A stretch of DNA of 63,668 bases, counting the filler, from an uncultured archaeon (GTDB lineage Archaea > Nanobdellota > Nanobdellia > Woesearchaeales > CAIVOO01), in assembly GCA_903842985.1 (NCBI GenBank). It is 8 parts of 8 records of this genome, joined end to end, with 100 filler letters (N's around TTAATTAATTAA, not from the genome) between each part and the next. Parts side by side here need not be neighbours in the genome. Positions count along the whole stretch, not along the records: positions 1 to 27,866 come from CAIMOB010000014.1; 7 more parts are not named here. One strand, written 5' to 3'. The stretch's first letter is position 1; each line of letters begins with the position of its first letter. The translations under genes and the position numbers were made by a program. Shown one piece after another: positions 18,050 through 27,497 of this stretch. The notes beneath the pieces were generated by a model, which was given only the letters and a program-made list of their open reading frames with translations, ran no database searches and had not been told where the DNA came from.

Positions 18050-18814
18050 TCACAGCGCTTTCTTCATCTTCACAGCATCGCCGAATGGGTCAGGGCTTTC
18101 ATTCACAATATTGATGCTGACATTGTATTTCTTCAGATATTTGAAAAGCTCCTTTATCTCGCTTTCCTTTGTAAGCAGATGCCTTCTTTCGCCTTTCTCT
18201 GTCCACTCAATTCCTGAGAAATGACCTGTTTTGTGCTTTATCTTGTTCACTTTCTGCATCACTTCATCATAGTCTATTTTGCCGTTGTTCCTCGCCTTCA
18301 AATGCGCGAAATCAATGCAGACTGCGCAGCCGGTTTCATTTGAAAGCTTGACTAATTCGTCAATGTCGCCGAACTGGCTTCCCTTGCCTGTTGTCTCAGG
18401 CGCAAGCATGACATCCCATTTGAAGTGCTTCACCATCTTCTGCAGTTTCAGAATTTCATCCTTCACAATCTCATAGCATTCATCTTTTGTTCTTTTGCCG
18501 TAGAATGCCGCGTGAAAAACAACATATTTTGCGCCAAGGTAATGCGCCCGTTCGCAGCTTTCCAGTATTCTTCTTCTGGAAGCAGAAACCTTTGCCTTTT
18601 CAGCTGAGCATAGATTAATGTAATAAGGACCGTGGACGCTCAGCGCAATCCCGAGTTTTTTTGCAAGCTCGCCGACTCTTTTCGCCTCATCAATCCCCAT
18701 TCTGACGCCGTAGGTGAACTCAACCTCCAGGCACCCAAGCCCAAGCTCTTTGCAGTGGCTGACTCCCTCGTAATTGCCCAATCCAGAACTTCCCGCAGAC
18801 CCTACTTTTATCAT
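18050..18814 (-). CDS. nfo: endonuclease IV-like (AP endonuclease family 2)
   Basis: HGPYYINL, VFH, PETTGK, CIDFAH, HFSG, RHL, ESP; possible alternative start MRFVK at 18829 inside the repeat. Confidence 0.9.
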   Translation of the reverse strand: MIKVGSAGSSGLGNYEGVSHCKELGLGCLEVEFTYGVRMGIDEAKRVGELAKKLGIALSVHGPYYINLCSAEKAKVSASRRRILESCERAHYLGAKYVVFHAAFYGKRTKDECYEIVKDEILKLQKMVKHFKWDVMLAPETTGKGSQFGDIDELVKLSNETGCAVCIDFAHLKARNNGKIDYDEVMQKVNKIKHKTGHFSGIEWTEKGERRHLLTKESEIKELFKYLKKYNVSINIVNESPDPFGDAVKMKKAL

Positions 18815-18868
18815 TTTAACGAACCTCATTAATTAAAATGTCCGCAAATCGCAATTTGCGTCATTTTA
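18811..18868 (-). repeat. family-A junction element, copy A5 (antiporter/nfo)
   Basis: TAAAATGA-CGCAAATTGCGATTTGCGGA-CATTTTAATTAATGAGGTTCGT-TAAAATGA; 8-bp direct repeats 50 nt apart. Confidence 0.9.
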
Positions 18869-20026
18869 TTGTTTCCCGGCAAGCTGCTTCGTGAAAATCA
18901 TTGTTACTGAAGAAACAAACAGCGAATAAATCATCGCTATCAGCGCAGTGTCTCTTACAGCTGCAAAATTATCAAGCGCCATTGTTGAAAGAATGAGGAT
19001 GACAGCTGCGACAGCAACGCCTTTCGGCGCATTCAGAGTCATGAAAACAGCTTCCTTGTTGCTGACATCAGCAGTTGCCTTGATTGATATTATCCTGACA
19101 ACACAGACAATCAAGTAAATAACCAATGCATCCAGCATAACTTTCCAGCTCGGCGCGATGTTGACAATCAGGCCAGCCATGATAATTACAAGAATCATGA
19201 GCAGATGCGAGAACACAGCTGAGAATGACATCATTTCTTTCTTTTCCTTTATCTTCACGAGTCCGAAGAATATCCCTGTTGTCGCGACAGCCAGGACAGG
19301 GTTTCCGTTGATATTTTCCGCAAGAACATATGCAAGCAAGGCAGACACCACCAGGATAATCGGCGAGAGCCATTCATAATAATTCTTTTTTGCAATCCTG
19401 AATGTAATTAGGCCTACCAAAACACCTGCGCCAATGCCTATTGCAAGCTGCTGAAGAAGCGGAACAAGCTGGCTTGCAAGATTTTCAGCTGTAAATGCTC
19501 CTGTTGTCTGCTCAATGTTTAGCACAATCAGCGGAATTAACATGACAAGCAGGGTGTTTATGACAGCCTCTGCATTTAAAATGTGCAGCGCCCGATTTTT
19601 CGCCTTGTCAAGCGCAACATCAGCTGCAGTGCCTGCCATCAATGAAGCAAGGATAATTGAATAGAAAAGACCAAGCCCAATAAAATAATAACTTACTGCT
19701 GAGATTATCACTGTTGCAAACAAAAAGAATACAAATGCAAGCTCAAGCGCCCTTTTGTCGAGAGTGTCAAGCTCATTGAGCTTCAGCCTTGATGCAGAAT
19801 CAAAAACAATAATCGCGATTGCGATTACTGAAACTGCTGCAACCATCTCATTCGGGAAGTAGACAAGCGGTTTTCCATTGAAATTAATGCTATTCAGCAG
19901 AATCCCCACCACCAGAAGCAAAAGGATGTTTGGCAGCCTGAATTTTTTTGATACAATTGAGCACAAAATCCCAATAAGCAGAACAACAGCAAGAAAAGTT
20001 AAATATGTTATTGTTGCGCTTACCAT
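18866..20026 (-). CDS. cation:proton antiporter (CPA1, NhaP-like)
   Basis: About 12-13 TM helices; LNAEAVINT, PKGVAVAA motifs. Confidence 0.8.
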   Translation of the reverse strand: MVSATITYLTFLAVVLLIGILCSIVSKKFRLPNILLLLVVGILLNSINFNGKPLVYFPNEMVAAVSVIAIAIIVFDSASRLKLNELDTLDKRALELAFVFFLFATVIISAVSYYFIGLGLFYSIILASLMAGTAADVALDKAKNRALHILNAEAVINTLLVMLIPLIVLNIEQTTGAFTAENLASQLVPLLQQLAIGIGAGVLVGLITFRIAKKNYYEWLSPIILVVSALLAYVLAENINGNPVLAVATTGIFFGLVKIKEKKEMMSFSAVFSHLLMILVIIMAGLIVNIAPSWKVMLDALVIYLIVCVVRIISIKATADVSNKEAVFMTLNAPKGVAVAAVILILSTMALDNFAAVRDTALIAMIYSLFVSSVTMIFTKQLAGKQ

Positions 20027-20120
20027 TTTGCCTCTTTGTATGTGTTTTCTGGAGTTTTATTTATAATATTTTCGACTTTTATACGAAATATTTAAATACA
20101 AACTTCCTTTTTAAGTGTGT

Positions 20121-21353
20121 ATGGATTTAAAACAGGTAGCTGGAAAACTAAAGCCAAACGAGAAGGCAGTTCTGAAGGAAGTTGACTCATTTCTTGCTAA
20201 ATTGAATTCCGGGCTCAAAATGCATAAATTAAATGCAGAAGCAGCCACAGGCGGGTCAATTGCAAAGGGAACCTTCCTCAAAGGCGACCATGATGTTGAT
20301 TTGTTTGTCAAGTTCAGCAGGGAATACCCAAGCGATAAGCTTGCAGACTATCTGGAGAAGGCGCTGGATAAATTCAAGTTCAACAGGGTGCATGGCTCGC
20401 GTGATTATTTCCAGATAAAATCAAAAAATCTTATGTTTGAGATTATACCTGTCTATAATATTTCATTTTCGCATGAAATCGTTAACATAACCGATGCTTC
20501 CCCCCTGCATGTCAAGTGGGTAAAATTCCAGTTCGGAAAAAAGGAGGGGCTCGCTGACCAGATAAGGCTGGCAAAGGCATTCTGCAAGGCGCAGGGAGTT
20601 TACGGCGCAGAGTCATATGTAAAGGGATTTTCAGGGCATGTGCTTGACATACTTGTTATTTACTACGGCGGTTTCATGGAACTTTTGAATAATGCAGTAA
20701 AATGGAACCCGAAGCAGGTCATAGATTTCTACAATACTTACAAAGGAAGAGCAATTGAGATGCTCAATCCGTCAAAAACAGACAGCCCACTGGTTCTTGT
20801 TGATCCAGTCCAGTCAAACAGGAACGCTGCAGCATCGCTGTCAAATGAGAATTTTTATATTTTTATCGAGAAGGCAGAGGAATTCCTGAAAAATCCGTCT
20901 GCAAAATTCTTTGAAAGGAAAAAATTCTCGCTGGCTGAGATAAAGAAAAGGGCAAATGCAAAGCAGCTCATACTCCTAAATGTTCAGGCGCTTGAGGGAA
21001 AGGAAGACATTGTCGGCTCAAAGCTTCTGAAAGCATATTCATACATAAGAAACCAGCTTGTCATAAACAATTTCAAGCTTCATGATTCTGGCTGGAACTG
21101 GGACAAGAAGAAAAAGGCAGTTTTCTGGTACATAACAGACAAGAAAGACATTCCGAAGACATATAACTGGGAGGGTCCGCCTGCAAATTCAAATGATTTT
21201 GTCAAGCTGTTCAAGGCCAAACATAAGATAACATTTGAAAAGGACGGCAGGATTTACGCTGTTGTCGAGCGGAAATTCACAAAAGCAAAGGATTTGATTA
21301 AGAAAGTAATTAGCGACGAATATGTCAGGGAAAAGGTGAATGCCATAAAATGA
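20121..21353 (+). CDS. cca: archaeal class I CCA-adding enzyme
   Basis: GGSIAKGTFL..D.DVDLF, YGAE...GFSG, DPVQSNRNAAA. Confidence 0.93.
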   Translation: MDLKQVAGKLKPNEKAVLKEVDSFLAKLNSGLKMHKLNAEAATGGSIAKGTFLKGDHDVDLFVKFSREYPSDKLADYLEKALDKFKFNRVHGSRDYFQIKSKNLMFEIIPVYNISFSHEIVNITDASPLHVKWVKFQFGKKEGLADQIRLAKAFCKAQGVYGAESYVKGFSGHVLDILVIYYGGFMELLNNAVKWNPKQVIDFYNTYKGRAIEMLNPSKTDSPLVLVDPVQSNRNAAASLSNENFYIFIEKAEEFLKNPSAKFFERKKFSLAEIKKRANAKQLILLNVQALEGKEDIVGSKLLKAYSYIRNQLVINNFKLHDSGWNWDKKKKAVFWYITDKKDIPKTYNWEGPPANSNDFVKLFKAKHKITFEKDGRIYAVVERKFTKAKDLIKKVISDEYVREKVNAIK

Positions 21354-22078
21354 AGGCGCTGATTCTGGCAGCAGGATACGCAACAAGGCTTTATCCGCTC
21401 ACCCTTAATTTTCCAAAGCCGCTTCTAAAAGTCGGCGGAAGGCCGATTGTTGAGCACATAATTGCAAAGATAGCGGGGGCAGGCGCAGATGAAATTTTGA
21501 TAGTTACAAATGACAGGTATTACCCAAGCTTTCTTGAGTGGTCAAGAAGCTACAAGCCGAATGTCCCAGTCAAGATAATAAACGACGGCACCAAGTCGAA
21601 TGAAGACAGGTTGGGAGCTGTCGGGGACATTAATTTTGTGATTACAAATGAGAACATCAAAGAGGATTTGCTGATAATCGCAGGCGACAACCTGTTCGAG
21701 TTTGACATCAGGAATCTGGCTGCGCTGTCAATGAAGAAGAACAGCTCTGCGATAGCTGCCAGGGACATAAATGATCTGGAGGCGGCAAAAAGATTCGGCG
21801 TTCTTGCGCTGGGCAAGAGCAACAAAATTATTGAATTTGCAGAGAAGCCTGCGCAGCCGAAGTCGACGCTTGTGAGCACAGCCTGCTATATCCTTAAAAA
21901 AGAGGATGTCGAGGAGCTGAAAAAATGCTTCAGGGAGATGAAGCCCGACAACCTCGGCGACTTCATAACTTATCTTATAAGCAAGAAGGATGTTTACGCC
22001 TATGTTTTCAGCGAGCAGTGGTTTGACATCGGAAGCCATGAACAGTTAAAGGAGGCAGATATATTCTATTCAAAATGA
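21350..22078 (+). CDS. sugar-phosphate nucleotidyltransferase
   Basis: ILAAGYATRLYPLT...KPLL, EKP, WFDIG. Confidence 0.9.
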   Translation: MKALILAAGYATRLYPLTLNFPKPLLKVGGRPIVEHIIAKIAGAGADEILIVTNDRYYPSFLEWSRSYKPNVPVKIINDGTKSNEDRLGAVGDINFVITNENIKEDLLIIAGDNLFEFDIRNLAALSMKKNSSAIAARDINDLEAAKRFGVLALGKSNKIIEFAEKPAQPKSTLVSTACYILKKEDVEELKKCFREMKPDNLGDFITYLISKKDVYAYVFSEQWFDIGSHEQLKEADIFYSK

Positions 22079-22695
22079 GCCTGATAGAGCAGATAATTGG
22101 TTTGGTAAATTCAGTTGTTCTTGCAATGGGCTATCCTGGGATAATAATTCTCATGTTCCTTGAAAGCACAATGGTTCCAATCCCTTCTGAGGCAATAATG
22201 CCATTTGCAGGGTTTCTTGTTGCGCAGGGAAAATTAAATTTTATTCTTGTTGCCTTGCTTGCAGGCGTTGCTTCGCTTTTGGGAAGCTGGGTTTCTTACG
22301 CAATCGGCTATTACGGGGGAATTCCGCTGGTTAGGAAAGCAGGGCATTATGTTCTTTTGGATGAAGACAGGCTCAAATGGACAGAGAAATGGTTCAAAAG
22401 GCATGGGGCAAAGACAATATTTTTCTCAAGATTCATCCCTGTCGTGAGGCATTTGATTTCTTTGCCCGCAGGAATAGGCAAAATGAACCTGTTCAAGTTC
22501 TCAGTCTATACTTTTTCGGGCGCATTTATATGGGGCACGGTACTTTTGTATCTTGGATTTTACCTTGGCTCGAATTACATTTTAATCCACAAATACTCAA
22601 GCATTATTGACTGGATTGTTCTGGGGTTAATTGTTATTGCAGTAATCTATTATGTCTGGCATGTTGTCAAGCTAATGAAGACGAAGAAGAAATAA
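22075..22695 (+). CDS. dedA: DedA family membrane protein
   Basis: LES..PIPSE, RFIPVVRH..S.PAG. Confidence 0.92.
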   Translation: MSLIEQIIGLVNSVVLAMGYPGIIILMFLESTMVPIPSEAIMPFAGFLVAQGKLNFILVALLAGVASLLGSWVSYAIGYYGGIPLVRKAGHYVLLDEDRLKWTEKWFKRHGAKTIFFSRFIPVVRHLISLPAGIGKMNLFKFSVYTFSGAFIWGTVLLYLGFYLGSNYILIHKYSSIIDWIVLGLIVIAVIYYVWHVVKLMKTKKK

Positions 22696-22731
22696 GTGAA
22701 ACAATTATTTCTGAGGATTTTTATTAAATAA

Positions 22732-23901
22732 TCACTTCGCAAACCCAATCAGCAGATTTGCTACAATCACAATAAGCATTATCATTGAAATTGCTTTGAA
22801 ATACTTGTCGCCTTTCTTCTTTAAAATCTTCCTGAAAACAAGCTGGAGCATCCTTCCGCCGTCAATTGGGCCGACAGGAACTAAATTGAAAATTCCGATG
22901 CCCAGATTCAGCAGATAGAGCCAGTAGAGCAATCCGATAATCCAGATGGCAGCACTTGGAATAAATGTCCCTATTTTCTTGACAAGATTTTTATTGAACT
23001 CTGCCTTCTGTGACAGCGAAACACCCAGATAGCTCTGGTTGTTTTTCGGATTCTTTCCGAGCGCAATCTCATAATCCTTTTTGTCTGTTTTCAGCAGTAT
23101 TTTGTCGCCTGCTGACTTGTTTGACATTAAATTGATAAAATCCTCTGTGTAGGTCACATTTTTCCCGTCAACTCCAGTTATTGTTTCGTTTATCGAAACT
23201 CCGGCGTTGAACGCAGGGCTTGCGTTTGTCACATCCAGTACCTGCACTCCCTGGAAGTCGTAGATTCTCTCAACAATCGGCGGTGCAGCAAGTAAAAATA
23301 TCCCCAGTATTATCCCTCCTAAAATAAGGTTTGAGAAAGGGCCTGCCGCGAAAACAGCAAGCTGCTGCCTGCATGACTTTGTTTTCAGCTTTTTCTCGTC
23401 AGGCTCGACAAAGGCAGCAGGAATCACCGGAAGAAGTATTGCGAGAAACGCGAATCCGCTTGATTTGATTTTCAGCCCGATTTTTCTTGCGACAATGCCA
23501 TGCGAAAATTCGTGGACAGTTGCTATAACCAATATTGAGATTATCCAGTAGAAGAACGGCACAAAGAAAGTGCCCTTCACCTTTATGGGAAGGACAAGAC
23601 CGACTGCAGGCATTGCTGAAGGAGTTATTATCGCCTTGTATAAATTTGAGCATAGAAGAAACGAGATGGCAGCCATGCCTATGAACCCGACTATTATCCC
23701 AGCATAGCTCACATACTCTATTGTTTTCCTGTACTTGAGCGCAATCTTCTCCATTAAGCCTATGCCAATTTTTGTCTTGTAAAGTATGAAATAAAAAAGA
23801 GGAAATATTATTTTCTGTATTTCAACATTTTTCCTTTTGACAATAAGGAAAACACTCATTAGAAGAATAAAAACAATAAGTGCAATCAGCTCAGTGCTCA
23901 T
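22732..23901 (-). CDS. site-2 protease (M50) with PDZ domain
   Basis: HEFSH, AAGP, NLVP.GPIDGG. Confidence 0.92.
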   Translation of the reverse strand: MSTELIALIVFILLMSVFLIVKRKNVEIQKIIFPLFYFILYKTKIGIGLMEKIALKYRKTIEYVSYAGIIVGFIGMAAISFLLCSNLYKAIITPSAMPAVGLVLPIKVKGTFFVPFFYWIISILVIATVHEFSHGIVARKIGLKIKSSGFAFLAILLPVIPAAFVEPDEKKLKTKSCRQQLAVFAAGPFSNLILGGIILGIFLLAAPPIVERIYDFQGVQVLDVTNASPAFNAGVSINETITGVDGKNVTYTEDFINLMSNKSAGDKILLKTDKKDYEIALGKNPKNNQSYLGVSLSQKAEFNKNLVKKIGTFIPSAAIWIIGLLYWLYLLNLGIGIFNLVPVGPIDGGRMLQLVFRKILKKKGDKYFKAISMIMLIVIVANLLIGFAK

Positions 23902-24010
23902 TTTAACGAACCTCGTGAGTTAACAAAAAAAATCCCTTCAGGATTTTTGAGTGCAAAAAATCCTTTTGGATTTTTTTGCAAATGCTGCAAATCACAATTT
24001 GCATCATTTT
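23898..24010 (-). repeat. family-A element A6 (rpl40e/S2P) with a nested family-B element at 23924-23979
   Basis: AAAATGA direct repeats 106 nt apart (50+56); the 56-bp double hairpin interrupts the CATTTTAAC segment. Confidence 0.88.
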
Positions 24011-24165
24011 TTCTTGATAGGCCTCAGCACTTTATAACCGCATTTCCTGCATTTGACTTCGCCGTTGATGACCTTCATTGTCGTGCTTCTGATCTTGCTC
24101 TTGCATTTTCTGCAGACAAATACATTTTTGAACATCCTTTCTTCAGCTTCTGGAAATCTTACCAT
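24004..24165 (-). CDS. rpl40e: 50S ribosomal protein L40e, not in the ORF track
   Basis: 53 aa MVRFPEAEER...VCRKCKSK...CRKCGYKVLRPIKKK. Confidence 0.92.
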   Translation of the reverse strand: MVRFPEAEERMFKNVFVCRKCKSKIRSTTMKVINGEVKCRKCGYKVLRPIKKK

Positions 24166-24175
24166 TTTTATAACC

Positions 24176-24568
24176 TCATGCCTTAATCTGTTTCATTATC
24201 TTTTCATCCAATATCAGCCAGTACAGCACCTGGCAGCCCTCAACAACCTGGCCTTTCAGCTCCTCTGGAATGACAAGGTCAAATGTCTCGAATGTCTCTG
24301 CATCCATCACATTTGCCTTATTTCCTGTTATCGAAAGCACCTGTGCTGTCTTCTTTTCAATGATTGGAATCTCTATATTATCAGATGTCGGGAGAACCAG
24401 TTCCCTTTTTTTTTCATCAATCAGCCCGATTGCCTCAATTCTTGCTTTTGCATGGCCGTGCTTACCTGTTTTCGAAATCTGGATGCCGACAACCTTGCAT
24501 GCAACTCCATCAATTATTATGTAGCTGCCTTCCTTGGCAGTGCCTGCACCTGCGAATTTTATGGTCAT
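24176..24568 (-). CDS. eif5a: translation factor aIF-5A
   Basis: SKTGKHGHAK hypusine motif. Confidence 0.96.
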   Translation of the reverse strand: MTIKFAGAGTAKEGSYIIIDGVACKVVGIQISKTGKHGHAKARIEAIGLIDEKKRELVLPTSDNIEIPIIEKKTAQVLSITGNKANVMDAETFETFDLVIPEELKGQVVEGCQVLYWLILDEKIMKQIKA

Positions 24569-24629
24569 ATATAACACCTCAAAATTGGATATATGGGGTT
24601 TTATGGTTGTATATAAATGTTGCGCTGAC

Positions 24630-25262
24630 TTAAAATTTAAACCTCAGGAACCATTTTAGCTTATTCTCAACCTCTTCCTGGTTCTCAAACTGCCTTTCCT
24701 CATTCCTGAACTTTGATGTGTGGTAATATGTCTTGCTTCCTGATTTATTGAATTTGTTTTTCTTGTGCAGAACCTCATGATACATCACATAGTCCATAAG
24801 CTCCTGGTTTTTCTTCAAAATGCTTGAGATCTTTATTGTGTCTGTCTTGAAGTTATAGTTTCCCAATGTGCTTCTCGACCTTGGACCAATCATCAGATTC
24901 GGCATCTCAACCAGGCCGAAGAAATATTTGTCATTGACCCTGTCAAATGATTCCCTAAGCAGAGGGTCAACATTGTCCTTTGGAATCGCGATGTGAAGCT
25001 TCTTGATGAAGCTGTTGTACATGTCAATGTTGTCTGTATTGGCTTTGCCTTTGAACAGCTTCAGAAGCAGCTCCTGCACAAGCCCCATTTTAATATCATC
25101 TGAAACAGGCTTCCATTCCCTGCCCAGCCTGATTTCAACATAGCTCCCTGACCTGAAGGCATTTGCGCCATATGGCTTGAACCTGCCAGAGTATCTTAGC
25201 TTGGACTCTAGCTCCAATTCCCTGCCATACAGCCCTTTGAAAGCTTCTGATATGAGTGACAT
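24630..25262 (-). CDS. SprT/DUF45-like zinc metalloprotease
   Basis: DYVMYHEVLH...HTSKF. Confidence 0.75.
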   Translation of the reverse strand: MSLISEAFKGLYGRELELESKLRYSGRFKPYGANAFRSGSYVEIRLGREWKPVSDDIKMGLVQELLLKLFKGKANTDNIDMYNSFIKKLHIAIPKDNVDPLLRESFDRVNDKYFFGLVEMPNLMIGPRSRSTLGNYNFKTDTIKISSILKKNQELMDYVMYHEVLHKKNKFNKSGSKTYYHTSKFRNEERQFENQEEVENKLKWFLRFKF

Positions 25263-25355
25263 CGCTTCATATATGATTTGCTAATATATAATGCTTTTTT
25301 AGTCACTATTAAGTAACAAATAAACGAAAGATTTATATATAAGTAATGCTTCCGC

Positions 25356-26339
25356 ATGGGTATGGCATTACTCAAAGAGTTTATGGGAGCAATATTTGGA
25401 AATTCTGGCTCTTATGATACTAGGCTATGGCACCCTTGCGGCGGAACTAAACAAAGACATCTTGCCGTTGGCAAAAACAAGGACGGGTATATTGCAAGGC
25501 TGGCTGCAGAGTACGTATCCAAGGACCCTGTTCTCGCTAAAAAAGAGCATGCCAGAATTGAAGAAGACAAGAATACCAAACATAAAAATTTTGAGTATGA
25601 CAATTATGACTATGACAATCTAAGAGTAGAATCGATAGCGCAGATACCCCAGAGCGAGTTTGAACCGATTGCGTACTCAAAAAGAAAAAAAGTCTCTGAA
25701 TTAACTGACAATGAAAAAAAATGGATAGATTTCATTGAGGTAGGAAGGACTGACAATGGCACCACAGTAAAACAACTTAACACAAACAGGCCAAAATTAG
25801 ACTTAAAACCAGACTCAAAACCAGACAATAGCTATCTTAATATTTTCAAAAACAACAATGACTTGTTTGGTGCATATGTTTCTAGCGGAAGCCAGCTTCT
25901 TAGGGAAGCTCACCTGATACAGCCCGAAACATTAATTATTGGCGGGCGCTGGGAGAGAGCATCAAATCTTGAGGCAAATTTTAATCCTATCAGGCCAAAA
26001 AATGATGATGATTTAGTTAAAAAGATAAGGAAAGAATTTGAAAATGAATACAGCCACAATAAGGAAAAAGGCAAGCGCCTGTTCAATGAATGGCTGAAAG
26101 GATTCACGCTTAAATATACATTCAATGAGCCTTTGATGACAACAGAGGGTGATATAGAAATTGCGTCCCCGGAGCTTATCGGTCCGAAAGGAATCAAGAT
26201 TGAGCTGTCAAGCGGCGAGTTTAAGGTAGACCCAGATACAAAGGCATCGCGCAATTTCCTCGATAGCTACAGACCAATCTTTGAAAATCTTTCATTGCCA
26301 GGAAGCGATTTATTGAAGCTGTATTTTCTAGGTAAGTAG
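25356..26339 (+). CDS. hypothetical protein
   Basis: 327-aa ORF; BRE/TATA GAAAGATTTATATA about 25 nt upstream. Confidence 0.65.
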   Translation: MGMALLKEFMGAIFGNSGSYDTRLWHPCGGTKQRHLAVGKNKDGYIARLAAEYVSKDPVLAKKEHARIEEDKNTKHKNFEYDNYDYDNLRVESIAQIPQSEFEPIAYSKRKKVSELTDNEKKWIDFIEVGRTDNGTTVKQLNTNRPKLDLKPDSKPDNSYLNIFKNNNDLFGAYVSSGSQLLREAHLIQPETLIIGGRWERASNLEANFNPIRPKNDDDLVKKIRKEFENEYSHNKEKGKRLFNEWLKGFTLKYTFNEPLMTTEGDIEIASPELIGPKGIKIELSSGEFKVDPDTKASRNFLDSYRPIFENLSLPGSDLLKLYFLGK

Positions 26340-26375
26340 AAACCTTTTTAAATAATCATTTTCTCTTATTTAAAA

Positions 26376-27083
26376 ATGGAAGTGGGCAAAGTTCCTAAAC
26401 ACATAGCAATTATCATTGACGGCAATAGAAGGTTTGCCAAAAGGCTGATGATGAAGCCCTGGATGGGCCACGAATGGGGCTTCAAGAAGGTTGAAAAGCT
26501 TCTTGAATGGCTTTCTGAGCTGAAGTTTGTCAAAGAGCTTACTTTGTATGCATTTTCAATGCAGAACTTCAACAGGCCAAAGGATGAGTTCGACTATTTG
26601 ATGAAGATTTTCAAGGAGATGTGCGACAGATTCTCAGATGACCCGAAGATAATGGAAAACGGAATAAGAATAAATTTTATCGGAAGGACTCATTTGTTTC
26701 CAGCTGATTTGCAGGAGAAGATGAAGAAGGTTTCTGAGAAGACAAAAAACAACAGCAAATATCTGATTAATATTGCGCTTGCCTACGGCGGAAGGGAAGA
26801 AGTGATTGATGCAGTCAAGAAAGTCGGCGAGCAGATAAAGAAAGGAACGCTTGATGTTGACAAGATAAACGAAGAGGTTTTCTCAAAGAACCTTTACATG
26901 GAATCTGAGCCAGACATAATAATCAGGACTGGCGGAGACAAGAGAACATCAAATTTCCTGATATGGCAGAGCAATTATTCTGAATGGTTTTTCCTTGAGA
27001 AAACCTGGCCTGAGTTTGAGAAGGAAGATTTGCTTCAGGTGATTGAAGAATATAAGTTAAGAGAGAGACGGTTTGGGAAGTAG
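26376..27083 (+). CDS. uppS: cis-prenyltransferase (undecaprenyl diphosphate synthase family)
   Basis: PKHIAIIIDGNRR, FSMQNFNR, IRTGG..RTSNFL.WQ, RRFG. Confidence 0.95.
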   Translation: MEVGKVPKHIAIIIDGNRRFAKRLMMKPWMGHEWGFKKVEKLLEWLSELKFVKELTLYAFSMQNFNRPKDEFDYLMKIFKEMCDRFSDDPKIMENGIRINFIGRTHLFPADLQEKMKKVSEKTKNNSKYLINIALAYGGREEVIDAVKKVGEQIKKGTLDVDKINEEVFSKNLYMESEPDIIIRTGGDKRTSNFLIWQSNYSEWFFLEKTWPEFEKEDLLQVIEEYKLRERRFGK

Positions 27084-27497
27084 TTAAATTTCTTTTTCTG
27101 TTAAGACTTTTATCTTATTTTTCTTTAGAAGCTTTGCCAGGACACCGTCTCCTTCAACCAATTTCCCTGAAAAAGTCCCGTCAACAACCCAGCCAGAACC
27201 GCAGGAAGGCGACTTTGATTTAAGAATTGCTTCCTTGCATCCAGCCAGATTTGCAATCTTTAAAGCCTCTTCAGCGCCTTTTTCAAAAAAATCAGTTACA
27301 TCTTTTCCATCTTTTGCAAAGACTTTGTTTCCTTTTTGCTCGCAAGGCATTCTTGGGGTTGTTAAGCCCCCAAGCTGTTCAGGACAGACTGGAATTGCTT
27401 TCCCTTCTTTAACTAAATCAATAACTTTTTGGCAAGGCCTAGAATCCCCATCCCATCTGCATTTTATCCCTGCCAGGCATGCGCTTACTATTTTCAT
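27084..27497 (-). CDS. DUF523 family protein (2-thiouracil desulfurase-like)
   Basis: VSACL.G..CRWDG, CPE..GGL.TPR, KSPSCG. Confidence 0.9.
   Translation of the reverse strand: MKIVSACLAGIKCRWDGDSRPCQKVIDLVKEGKAIPVCPEQLGGLTTPRMPCEQKGNKVFAKDGKDVTDFFEKGAEEALKIANLAGCKEAILKSKSPSCGSGWVVDGTFSGKLVEGDGVLAKLLKKNKIKVLTEKEI

Noticed and set aside
2709..24010. Family-A repeats as a CRISPR array
   Set aside because: Copies are dispersed over kilobases with no repeat-spacer periodicity, and no cas genes are visible
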